In this document: positions 37,494 through 45,978 of the stretch, one piece after another
Position numbering within the stretch: position 1 is the stretch's first letter
How the letters are laid out: each line of letters begins with the position of its first letter
Assembly (NCBI GenBank): GCA_944383885.1
Contig: CALWRF010000017.1
Location: 4,441-68,440 of the forward strand
DNA length: 64,000 nucleotides
Direction: 5' to 3'
From: an uncultured Clostridia bacterium
GTDB lineage: Bacteria; Bacillota; Clostridia; Lachnospirales; Anaerotignaceae
The notes under the pieces: generated by a model
Databases searched by the model: none
The model's input: the letters and a program-made list of their open reading frames with translations, nothing else
What the model was told of the DNA's origin: nothing
Program-made: the position numbers and the translations under genes

Positions 37494-37523
37494 ATGCCAA
37501 GGTTAAACAGCCTTGGCTTTTTA
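37494..37523 (+). terminator. Intrinsic terminator of rpsT
   Basis: GCCAAGG (37496-37502) pairs with CCTTGGC (37511-37517), followed by T5. Confidence 0.8.
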
Positions 37524-37744
37524 ATTAACAGCCTGCTTAAATAGGCTTTAAAATTTAAACCAAAGTTTTTAAATGCTGACAGTTGTGGATTGTAATAAAA
37601 TTTAAAATTAATCATGGATTTTAAGAAGTATAAGAAATGCAAATAAGATTAATATAAGATAAGAAAATATTTTTTGAAATGATATGTTTTGACTAATAAA
37701 AACTCTATGTATGCCGGAGGGCTTTTTGCCTTCGGCTTTTTTTA

Positions 37745-38386
37745 TTACCAGTTTTGGTTCCTAAGTTTAAGAAGGGCTTTTTTCTCTATCCGTGACACAT
37801 AAGACCGTGATATATTGAGCATTTTGGCTATTTCTCTTTGAGTCATTTCTTTCTGCCCGTTAAGACCGTATCTAAGGCTTATAATGAGCTTTTCACGCTT
37901 GTTAAGGGATAGAGATATATTTTTATAAAGCATTTTAAGCTGCATATCAGTTTCGGCTTTTTGGGCAATGTCGCAGTCATCAGCCGGTATTGTTTCCATA
38001 ACGGTAATCTCATTGCCGTCTTTGTCTTTGCTCACTGGTTCCTGTAAAAAAACATCACCAGCGGACTTTTTACAATACCTAAGGTACATCAATATTTCGT
38101 TATCTATACATCTGGCTGCATAAGTTGCAAGGCGGGTCTTTCTTGAAGAGTCATAAGATGAAATCCCCTTTATAAGACCTATTGTGCCGATTGAAATCAG
38201 GTCGTCGCTTTCTATTCCGCTTGAGGCGTATTTTTTAGCTACATGTGCTACAAGCCGCAGATTGTGTTCTACAAGTATATTTTTTGCGTTTTTATCGCCT
38301 TTAAAATAATCGTTGAGATATTTTTCTTCTTCCTCGGCGCTCAGCGGTTTTTGGAACGCTCCGCTACAGCCTAATGATAATAACAT
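37745..38386 (-). CDS. sigK: Sporulation sigma factor SigK (pro-sigma-K); the true start is possibly upstream at 38413 or 38419
   Basis: It is close to B. subtilis SigK throughout: AFQKPLS..EE.KYL, EHNLRLVAHVAKKY, DLISIGTIGLIKGI.SY, LATYAARCIDNEILMYLR and REIAKMLNISRSYVSRIEKKAL. The gene is uninterrupted, with no skin-like insertion. Confidence 0.8.
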   Translation of the reverse strand: MLLSLGCSGAFQKPLSAEEEEKYLNDYFKGDKNAKNILVEHNLRLVAHVAKKYASSGIESDDLISIGTIGLIKGISSYDSSRKTRLATYAARCIDNEILMYLRYCKKSAGDVFLQEPVSKDKDGNEITVMETIPADDCDIAQKAETDMQLKMLYKNISLSLNKREKLIISLRYGLNGQKEMTQREIAKMLNISRSYVSRIEKKALLKLRNQNW

Positions 38387-38480
38387 AATAACTGATAATA
38401 TAAGACCTGCCAGAAGAATTCCCCCTTAAAACAGAAGATTACATATAATATTCAAAACAATGTCCTAATGTGTTTGTCTT

Positions 38481-38510
38481 TGAATAAATTTATTTTAAAA
38501 GGCAAGACTA
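38481..38510 (+). promoter_or_regulatory. Possible forespore (SigF/SigG-type) promoter of gpr
   Basis: GAATA (38482-38486), about 16 nt, then CAAGACTA (38503-38510). It loosely resembles GnATA-N17/18-CATnnTA. The call is motivated by the known SigF/SigG dependence of gpr in Bacillus. Confidence 0.25.
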
Positions 38511-38540
38511 TTTTAAAAATACAGTTTTGGAGGCGGAATT

Positions 38541-39524
38541 ATGAAAAGTATAGGCAATATCCGTACAGACCTTGCCCTTGAAGCCAGAGAGGCTCTTGCA
38601 ACGGAAAGTGAGCCGGACATAGATGGCGTAATATATAAAACAGAAAAAGACGATATAATGGAAATTACAACAGTAGATATAGAAAACGAAAAAGGAAGCC
38701 AGTTAATGGGTAAGCCTGTTGGGACTTATATTACTATAGAGTCGGAATATATGCGCGATAATGACATACATGCGCAAAAGAAAATAACTCAGGCTCTCAG
38801 CCAAAAGCTTGGAAGGCTAATTAAGCCAAGCAAACATAAAAAAGCCCTTATTGTGGGGCTTGGCAACTGGAATGTTACTCCTGATGCTTTAGGTCCTAAA
38901 GTAGTAAACAGAATACTTGTAACACGGCATATATTAGAGAGCATACCAGAAGATATACGTGGTTCAGTAGGCAATGTAGCGGCTGTTTCTCCAGGTGTTT
39001 TAGGCATAACCGGCATTGAAACGGCAGAAATTATAAAGGGAATAACACAAAGAGTAAAGCCGGATGTTATTATAGCCATAGACGCTTTGGCAGCCAGAAG
39101 TGTAAGCCGCATTAACTCCACAATACAGCTTTCTGATACAGGCATAAGCCCGGGTGCAGGCATAGGCAACTGCCGTACACCTTTAAATTATGAAACAATG
39201 GGAGTCCCTGTTATAGCAGTAGGAGTGCCTACTGTGGTAGATGCCGCAACGCTTGTAAACGATACATTTGACGGTATATTAACTTCCATGCTTGAAAAAA
39301 ACGGGTATGAGAGCCAAACGGCAAAAAGCATAAAACATATTTGCGACGAGGATAAGTTTGATGATATACTTTCTGCTCTTGAACCATATTCAGGCAACAT
39401 GTTTGTAACTCCAAAAGAAGTTGATGCCGTTATAGAACGCCTTTCGGACATAATTGCCAATGCTGTAAATATGGTTCTGCATCCGGCTATTGACATTGAA
39501 GATGTTAAAAATTTCTCATTTTAG
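38541..39524 (+). CDS. gpr: Germination protease GPR (SASP endopeptidase)
   Basis: 327 aa. IRTDLALEAREAL, VGLGNWNVTPDALGP, AIDALAARS and ISPGAGIGN are GPR family signatures. The rpsT-gpr neighbourhood matches Bacillus. Confidence 0.92.
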   Translation: MKSIGNIRTDLALEAREALATESEPDIDGVIYKTEKDDIMEITTVDIENEKGSQLMGKPVGTYITIESEYMRDNDIHAQKKITQALSQKLGRLIKPSKHKKALIVGLGNWNVTPDALGPKVVNRILVTRHILESIPEDIRGSVGNVAAVSPGVLGITGIETAEIIKGITQRVKPDVIIAIDALAARSVSRINSTIQLSDTGISPGAGIGNCRTPLNYETMGVPVIAVGVPTVVDAATLVNDTFDGILTSMLEKNGYESQTAKSIKHICDEDKFDDILSALEPYSGNMFVTPKEVDAVIERLSDIIANAVNMVLHPAIDIEDVKNFSF

Positions 39525-39759
39525 GTTCATTTTAGATTTTTAATTACATTAATATATTAAAATTAAAAATTAATAAATATATGATTTTTTGATATATAAT
39601 TACAAATAACAAATGAATGTATTGTTATTTATTGTATAATTTTTTTTACTTTTAATGCCTGTTGCTAAAACACTCTTGACATGATTGTTGAAAGGATATA
39701 ATATAATAAGAGCGGTTTTATGCCGCTGATAATGTGTACTTTGAAAATTTTATAAGGGG

Positions 39760-41304
39760 GTGTTTCCGATACTTTATATTGTTATTGGAGCGGTTATTGG
39801 AATACTTCTTGGCTTAGTAATAGGCATTAACTATAGAAAACGCATTGCGGAAGCTAAAATTGGTGTTGCTGAAGACAAAGCAGAAAAAATAGTTGAAGAT
39901 GCTAAGAAAGAGGCGGAAAACAAAAAGAAAGAAATTCTGCTTGAAGCTAAGGAAGAAAGTATAAAAACCAAAAACGAACTTGAACGAGAAGTAAGAGAAA
40001 GGCGGAACGAGCTTTCAAGAACTGAAAGACGGCTTGTGCAAAAAGAGGAAACTCTTGACCGCAAGGCTGATTCATACGAGAAAAAAGAGGAACAGCTTAA
40101 CAAGAAAATGGAAGAACTTGAAAGCCAGAAGGCTGATGTTGAGATTCTTCATACTAAACAAATTGAAGAACTTGAAAGAATTTCGGGCCTTACAAGGGAG
40201 GAAGCCAAAAACTATTTGCTTAACATTATTGAAAACGATGTTAAGCACGAAGCCGCTATTATGGTTAGGGAAATAGAAGCCAAGGCTAAAATGGATGCTG
40301 ACAAAAAGTCTAAGGAAATTGTGGCAAACGCTATCCAAAGATGCGCTGTTGACCATGTAACCGAAACTACAGTTTCCGTTGTTCAGCTGCCTAACGATGA
40401 AATGAAGGGAAGAATTATAGGCAGAGAGGGCAGGAATATACGTGCCCTTGAAACACTTACCGGTATTGACTTAATTATAGACGATACACCGGAGGCTGTT
40501 ATACTTTCCGGCTTTGACCCTGTAAGACGTGAAATAGCCAGAATTGCTCTTGAAAAACTTATTGTTGACGGTCGTGTTCATCCATCACGCATTGAGGAAA
40601 TGGTTGAAAAGGCTAAAAAAGAAGTTGAGGTTATTATACGTGAAGAAGGTGAGGCGGCTACTTTTGAAACAGGTGTTAACGGCTTGCATCCAGAAATAGT
40701 CCGTCTTTTAGGTAAGCTTAAATACAGGACAAGCTATGGACAAAATGTACTTAAACACTCAATAGAGGTTTCTCATTTGGCTGGCATTATGGCTGCCGAG
40801 CTTGGGGTTGATGTAAACACAGCTAAAAGAGCCGGCTTGCTTCATGACATAGGAAAGAGCATAGACCATGAGGTTGAAGGCTCTCATGTTAGTATTGGCG
40901 TAAGTTTACTTAAAAAACACAGGGAATCTGACATAATTATTAACGCTGTTGAAGCGCATCATGGTGATGTTGACCCTCAATCTATAGTAGCTGTCCTTGT
41001 ACAGGCTGCTGACGCTATTTCGGCAGCAAGACCGGGTGCAAGACGCGAAACGCTTGAAAGTTATATTAAAAGACTTGAAAAGCTTGAGGAAATTGGCGAC
41101 AGCTTCAAAGGTGTTGAAAAATCTTTTGCTATACAGGCTGGTCGTGAGTTAAGAATAATTGTTATACCTGAAGAGGTCGGCGATGACAACCTTACACTTT
41201 TGGCAAGAGATATAGCTAAGAGAATAGAAGATGAGCTTGAGTATCCGGGTCAGATTAAAGTAAGTCTTATCAGGGAAACAAGAGCTACAGAATATGCTAA
41301 ATAA
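39760..41304 (+). CDS. rny: Ribonuclease Y
   Basis: 514 aa. It has an N-terminal TM helix, a coiled coil, a KH domain ([42 protein letters not shown]) and an HD domain ([12 protein letters not shown]). It aligns along its whole length with B. subtilis Rny. Confidence 0.95.
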   Translation: MFPILYIVIGAVIGILLGLVIGINYRKRIAEAKIGVAEDKAEKIVEDAKKEAENKKKEILLEAKEESIKTKNELEREVRERRNELSRTERRLVQKEETLDRKADSYEKKEEQLNKKMEELESQKADVEILHTKQIEELERISGLTREEAKNYLLNIIENDVKHEAAIMVREIEAKAKMDADKKSKEIVANAIQRCAVDHVTETTVSVVQLPNDEMKGRIIGREGRNIRALETLTGIDLIIDDTPEAVILSGFDPVRREIARIALEKLIVDGRVHPSRIEEMVEKAKKEVEVIIREEGEAATFETGVNGLHPEIVRLLGKLKYRTSYGQNVLKHSIEVSHLAGIMAAELGVDVNTAKRAGLLHDIGKSIDHEVEGSHVSIGVSLLKKHRESDIIINAVEAHHGDVDPQSIVAVLVQAADAISAARPGARRETLESYIKRLEKLEEIGDSFKGVEKSFAIQAGRELRIIVIPEEVGDDNLTLLARDIAKRIEDELEYPGQIKVSLIRETRATEYAK

Positions 41305-41307
41305 TTT

Positions 41308-41340
41308 AAAAGCAGGACAAAAAGACGTCCTGCTTTTTTG
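41308..41340 (+). terminator. Intrinsic terminator of rny
   Basis: AGCAGGAC (41311-41318) pairs with GTCCTGCT (41327-41334), followed by T6. Confidence 0.8.
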
Positions 41341-41420
41341 CTGCGTGGAAAAATAAAATTTTTAATAATGAATTTTCAGTTAATGCTGTAAAAAAGTTTA
41401 TTTATTCGGTTATTTATAAA

Positions 41421-41449
41421 GTTAGAAAAAGTTAGAAAAGTTAGAAAAA
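41421..41449. repeat. Tandem 9-10 bp repeat GTTAGAAAA(A) x3 (helically phased A-tracts)
   Basis: gttagaaaaa gttagaaaa gttagaaaaa, followed by the degenerate gtcaaaaaaa, read directly at 41421-41459. Confidence 0.85.
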
Positions 41450-41451
41450 GT

Positions 41452-41500
41452 CAAAAAAACCGTGTGGATGCTTAAAATAATAAGTTCTGCACGGTTTTTT
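41452..41500. terminator. Bidirectional terminator-like hairpin downstream of parC
   Basis: ACCGTGT (41459-41465) pairs with GCACGGT (41489-41495), flanked by A7 and T6. The loop is large, at 23 nt. Confidence 0.5.
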
Positions 41501-41572
41501 GATATAAATAACTAATTTATTAAACGCGTTATTTAAAACGGTAATAAATAAAAATAATCGCTTTAAAATATT

Positions 41573-43762
41573 TTATAATTTGTCATCATCTGTTATAAAG
41601 TGACCTGTAGACGGTATTTTTGTTGCGCGGTAAAATTCTATGTTATGGCTTTTAAACTCTTCCGCAGGCATTACGTTTGTAATTGAGCTGTTCTTTTTAA
41701 GTGTGTAAAGCTGTATTCCGCCGGAGGTTTTTGTAGAGCTTGCAGGAATAAGTGAAGTATTAAAAAGACATGCTTTGTCATTATCCCTTGTTAATACAAA
41801 GTCGGAGTCTATATTCAAAAATGTCATAAATATCAGCCTTGATTTGGAGGAGTAAGCGTTTATAAGGCGTTTTCGGTTTGTTTTTGTCTTGTAAGCTTCA
41901 AGAGGTATTTTAACTGCCTTGCCATTTTCAAAAACAAGAAACATTTCGCCTGAGTAGTCAGTAGTTGCTGTAACAAATATTATTTTTTCATTTTCTTCCA
42001 TATCAAGCATGTTTGGCAGATAATCGCCTAAGGAGCTGGCTTTAGAATCCTGAACTTCACTTAATTTAAGCTTATACACATTAAACATGTTTGAAAAAAA
42101 TAAAAGCTCTGCTTTGTTTGTGCTTTCTTCTTCAACTATAATTCGGTCATCTTCTTTAAGTTTGTGCTCACCGGCTGTGCGTAATGAAACAAGGCTTATT
42201 TTCTTAAAATAATTTTGTTCTGTAAGGAATATTTTAAGGGCATAGTCCTCAATAAGGTTTTCTTCAGGTATTTCTTCAACTTCCTTAGCGTCTATAATTT
42301 CGGTTTTTCTTTCAATGCCGTATTTTTTAGCTACCGCTTTAAGCTGCGAGCATATAATGTTTTTAATTCTGCGTTCGCTGTTAAGTGTATTGTTAAGGTC
42401 TTTAAGCTCTTTTTCAAGGTCGCCAAGCTCTTTTGTACGGTTTAAAATATATTCACGGTTAATATTCCTGAGCTTAATTTCAGCTATATATTCAGCCTGT
42501 TTCTCGTCTATATCAAAGCCTGCCATAAGGTTTGGCACAACATCTTTTTCAAGCTCTGTATGGCGGATTATAGCTATAGCTTTATCTATATCGGCAAGTA
42601 TTTTTTCAAGCCCCTGCAAAAGATGAAGTTTTGCGCCTTTTTTTTCTATATCGTAGGCTATCTGACCTTTTATTGACTTTATCCTGAAATTTTTCCAGTT
42701 TTCCAGTATTTCCGCAATGCCCATTGTTTTTGGGTGTCCGTCTATAAGTATATTAAAGTTGCAGCTGAATGTGTCGGAAAGAGGCGTCTGCTGGTAAAGC
42801 TTGTGCATTAAAATTTCAACATTGGTGTTGCGGCGCACGTCTATGGCTATTTTAAGTCCGCCTAAGTCTGTTTCATCACGGACATCTGTGATTTCCTTAA
42901 TTTTGCCTGACTTTATAAGCTGGACTATTTTATCTATAATACTTTCTATATTGGTAGAGTATGGAATTTCAGTTACTTCAATACAGTTGTTTTTTGAGTC
43001 GAACCTGTATTTCGCATATATGCGGAAACTTCCCCTGCCGATTGAATAAATCTGCTCTATCTCAGAACGGTTGTAAAGCAGTTTTCCGCCGCCCGGAAAA
43101 TCCGGTGCCTTCAAAGTTGAGAGTATGTCTGTCTGCGGATTATTAATATATTCAACAGCTGTCTCGCATACTTCCGCAAGATTAAAACTGCATATAGAGC
43201 TTGCCATGCCTACCGCTATTCCCTGGTTAGGATTAACGAGCACATTTGGGAATGTAGTTGGCAGAAGAAGAGGCTCTTTTGTTGTGGAGTCATAGTTGTC
43301 AACAAACTTTACTGTGTTTTTGTCTATATCCGCAAAAATTTCATTACAGATAGGGGATAACTTAACCTCTGTATACCTTGGCGCGGCATAAGCCATATCA
43401 CGTGAGTACTGTTTGCCAAAGTTTCCCTTTGAGTCTACAAAAGGGTGCAGAAGTGAGCCGTTGCCTTCTGTAAGACGCACCATTGTTTCGTATATAGCAG
43501 CATCGCCGTGTGGGTTAAGGCGCATTGTCTGACCTACTACATTAGACGATTTTGTTCTGTTTCCTGTTAAAAGCCCCATTTTATACATTGTATATAGGAG
43601 CTTTCTGTGAGACGGCTTAAAACCGTCTATTTCCGGTATAGCTCTTGAAACAATAACACTCATGGCGTAAGGCATGTAGTTAAGTTCAAGGGTATCGGTT
43701 ATTATTTGCTGAGATATTTTTTCCGGCTTAATTTCTTCCGGTTTTTTGCTTTTTTTTGCCAT
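41573..43762 (-). CDS. parC: Type IIA DNA topoisomerase subunit A (ParC/GyrA-like, short C-terminal domain)
   Basis: 729 aa with YAMSVIVSRAIPEIDGFKPSHRKLLY, the NPHGDAAIYETMVRL QRDR-equivalent and the active-site AAPRYTE tyrosine motif. The topo IV versus second-gyrase assignment cannot be settled by eye. Confidence 0.8.
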   Translation of the reverse strand: MAKKSKKPEEIKPEKISQQIITDTLELNYMPYAMSVIVSRAIPEIDGFKPSHRKLLYTMYKMGLLTGNRTKSSNVVGQTMRLNPHGDAAIYETMVRLTEGNGSLLHPFVDSKGNFGKQYSRDMAYAAPRYTEVKLSPICNEIFADIDKNTVKFVDNYDSTTKEPLLLPTTFPNVLVNPNQGIAVGMASSICSFNLAEVCETAVEYINNPQTDILSTLKAPDFPGGGKLLYNRSEIEQIYSIGRGSFRIYAKYRFDSKNNCIEVTEIPYSTNIESIIDKIVQLIKSGKIKEITDVRDETDLGGLKIAIDVRRNTNVEILMHKLYQQTPLSDTFSCNFNILIDGHPKTMGIAEILENWKNFRIKSIKGQIAYDIEKKGAKLHLLQGLEKILADIDKAIAIIRHTELEKDVVPNLMAGFDIDEKQAEYIAEIKLRNINREYILNRTKELGDLEKELKDLNNTLNSERRIKNIICSQLKAVAKKYGIERKTEIIDAKEVEEIPEENLIEDYALKIFLTEQNYFKKISLVSLRTAGEHKLKEDDRIIVEEESTNKAELLFFSNMFNVYKLKLSEVQDSKASSLGDYLPNMLDMEENEKIIFVTATTDYSGEMFLVFENGKAVKIPLEAYKTKTNRKRLINAYSSKSRLIFMTFLNIDSDFVLTRDNDKACLFNTSLIPASSTKTSGGIQLYTLKKNSSITNVMPAEEFKSHNIEFYRATKIPSTGHFITDDDKL

Positions 43763-43780
43763 TTTATCACCTGTTAATTA

Positions 43781-45757
43781 TCAGCTTATGTCGCTGAAAT
43801 CTATATATTTGTAGCCTTCCTGTTCAATATGTTCTTTTCTGCCTTTAAGATTTTCGCCTAAAAGCAGTTCAAAAACCTGCTGGGTTATATCTTCGTCAGA
43901 AGGCATAACCTGTATAAGCCGTCTTGTCTGTGGGTTCATTGTTGTTTCCCACATCATTTCCGGCTGGTTTTCACCAAGACCTTTTGAGCGCTGGATTGTG
44001 TATTTTCCCTTTAATTTTGCAATGATATTTGCCTTTTCAGATTCGGAATAAGCAAAATAAGTGTTTTTACCGCTTGTTATCTCAAAAAGAGGGGACTCGG
44101 CTATAAATACTTTCTTTTCTTTTATTAATGTAGGCACAAGTCTGTAGAGCATTGTAAGTATTAAAGTCCTTATCTGATAGCCGTCAACATCGGCATCTGT
44201 GCAGATTATGATTTTGCTCCATTTAAGCTGGCTTAAATCAAAAGAGTTCATGTCTGAGTGTTTAGTTTTTATCTCAACTCCGCAGCCGAGAACTTTTAAA
44301 AGGTCGGTTATAATTTCGCTTTTGAATATTTTGTCATAATCCGATTTAAGGCAGTTTAGTATTTTGCCTCTTACAGGCATTATAGCCTGAAATTCAGCAT
44401 CGCGACCGAGCTTGCAGGCGCCCAAAGCTGAGTCGCCCTCAACTATATATATTTCACGCCGGGAAACGTCTTTTGTACGGCAGTTAACAAACTTTTCAAC
44501 ACGGTTATTAATGTCAAGGCTGCCTGTAAGTTTTTTTCTTATAGAAACCCTTGTTTTTTCCGCTGTTTCACGGCTGCGTTTGTTGGCGAGGACCTGAGAG
44601 GCTATTTTATCGGCATCCATTTTATTTTCAATAAAATAAATTTCAAGCTGGTGCTTAAAATAATCCGTCATTGCTTCCTGTATAAACTTGTTTGTAATTG
44701 ATTTTTTCGTTTGGTTTTCGTAGCTTGTGATTGTAGAAAAAGAGTTGATTATAAGTATAAGGCTGTCCTGTATATCCTGAAAAGTAATCTTCTTTTCATC
44801 TTTTTTGTAAAGATTATTTTGTTTTAAATACTTGTCTATGGCGTAAACAAAGGAGCTTTTAACGGCTTTATCAGGAGAGCCGCCATATTCAAGAAAACTT
44901 GAATTGTGGAAATATTGTATTGTATTTATTTCATTGTTGAAACAAAAAGCGGCTTCAAACTTCAGCTTATATTCTGGTTTATCTTCGCGGTCGCGGCCGG
45001 CAGTTTCGTTTTCAAGGTAATAAACAGATGTAATGCCTTTGCCGTTATCAAGTTCGTTTGCGTAATCCATTATGCCGTTTTCGTACTTAAATGAAGTAAT
45101 TTCACCTGTGTTTTCGTCTTTAAATATAAACTCAAGACCGGCATTTACTATTGCCTGTTTTTTAAGCATGTCATGAAAGTAATCCGGTTTTATGTCTATG
45201 TCTGTAAAAACATCAATATCTGGCTTCCATTTTATAATTGTTCCAGTTGTTTTTAATTCAGACGGCTCTTTTTTAAGTCCTCCTACATTTTCGCCTTTTT
45301 CAAAATGAAGGGAGTATTTATAGCCATCGCGGTAAATTGTGGCGTCCATATATTCGGAAGAATACTGTGTGGCGCATGTTCCAAGACCGTTTAAGCCAAG
45401 ACTGAACTCATAGTTTTCGCCGGAATTATTTTTGTATTTTCCTCCGGCGTATAACTCGCAAAATACCAGCTCCCAGTTAAAGCGGTTTTCGTTTTTGTTG
45501 AAATCTACGGGTATTCCTCTGCCGTAATCCCGTACTTCTATTGATTTATCTTTAAAAAGCGTAATCTCTATTTTGTTTCCGTAGCCCTCACGGGCTTCGT
45601 CAATTGAGTTTGAAACTATCTCGAATACCGAGTGCTGACAGCCCTCTATTCCGTCGGAGCCGAATATTACCCCCGGACGAAGACGCACCCTGTCGGCGCC
45701 TTTAAGGGATGTAATGCTTTCGTTATTATAAGTATTTTCAGCTGATTTTTTTACCAT
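43781..45757 (-). CDS. parE: Type IIA DNA topoisomerase subunit B (ParE/GyrB-like)
   Basis: 658 aa. It has a GHKL ATPase N-terminus (FEIVSNSIDEA...DYGRGIPVD...LNGLGTCA), Toprim EGDSALG and ICTDADVDG motifs. It lies 18 nt upstream of parC. Confidence 0.82.
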   Translation of the reverse strand: MVKKSAENTYNNESITSLKGADRVRLRPGVIFGSDGIEGCQHSVFEIVSNSIDEAREGYGNKIEITLFKDKSIEVRDYGRGIPVDFNKNENRFNWELVFCELYAGGKYKNNSGENYEFSLGLNGLGTCATQYSSEYMDATIYRDGYKYSLHFEKGENVGGLKKEPSELKTTGTIIKWKPDIDVFTDIDIKPDYFHDMLKKQAIVNAGLEFIFKDENTGEITSFKYENGIMDYANELDNGKGITSVYYLENETAGRDREDKPEYKLKFEAAFCFNNEINTIQYFHNSSFLEYGGSPDKAVKSSFVYAIDKYLKQNNLYKKDEKKITFQDIQDSLILIINSFSTITSYENQTKKSITNKFIQEAMTDYFKHQLEIYFIENKMDADKIASQVLANKRSRETAEKTRVSIRKKLTGSLDINNRVEKFVNCRTKDVSRREIYIVEGDSALGACKLGRDAEFQAIMPVRGKILNCLKSDYDKIFKSEIITDLLKVLGCGVEIKTKHSDMNSFDLSQLKWSKIIICTDADVDGYQIRTLILTMLYRLVPTLIKEKKVFIAESPLFEITSGKNTYFAYSESEKANIIAKLKGKYTIQRSKGLGENQPEMMWETTMNPQTRRLIQVMPSDEDITQQVFELLLGENLKGRKEHIEQEGYKYIDFSDIS

Positions 45758-45978
45758 TTTTATGCACCTTATCTAATTTGTAATTAACTGTATTTTATTA
45801 GCTTACTTAAAATCAGCTGTATTGTCAAGGATTAGCCTTGTAAAAGCCTTCTGCAAAAGATGACATAAGTTTATTTGAATGAAAGAATGCAATGTGATAA
45901 TATAAAATAATAGTTAATAAAAATTGGCAAATGATAGAAAGAATTGATTTTTGTCTGCATGTTTTAAAGGAGAATGTA

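Noticed and set aside
37714-37745. The hairpin GCCGGAGGG-cttttt-GCCTTCGGC plus T7 on the plus strand, which might mark an sRNA in the 200-nt rpsT-sigK spacer.
   Set aside because: No convincing promoter lies between the rpsT terminator (37523) and this hairpin. It abuts the sigK stop codon, so it is more simply the terminator region of convergent sigK, with the orientation ambiguous.
39600-39760. An AT-rich inverted repeat ACAAATAACAA...TTGTTATTTATTGT, and an rny promoter call (TTGACA at 39676).
   Set aside because: The spacing from TTGACA to either TATAAT candidate is 15 or 20 nt, so the promoter call is unreliable. The inverted repeat is low-complexity AT sequence with an imperfect arm.
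41343-41572. A possible dif/XerCD site or replication terminus at the rny/parC convergent junction.
   Set aside because: No sequence resembles the Firmicute dif consensus (ACTTCCTAGAATATATATTATGTAAACT). A single strand switch is not evidence for a terminus.
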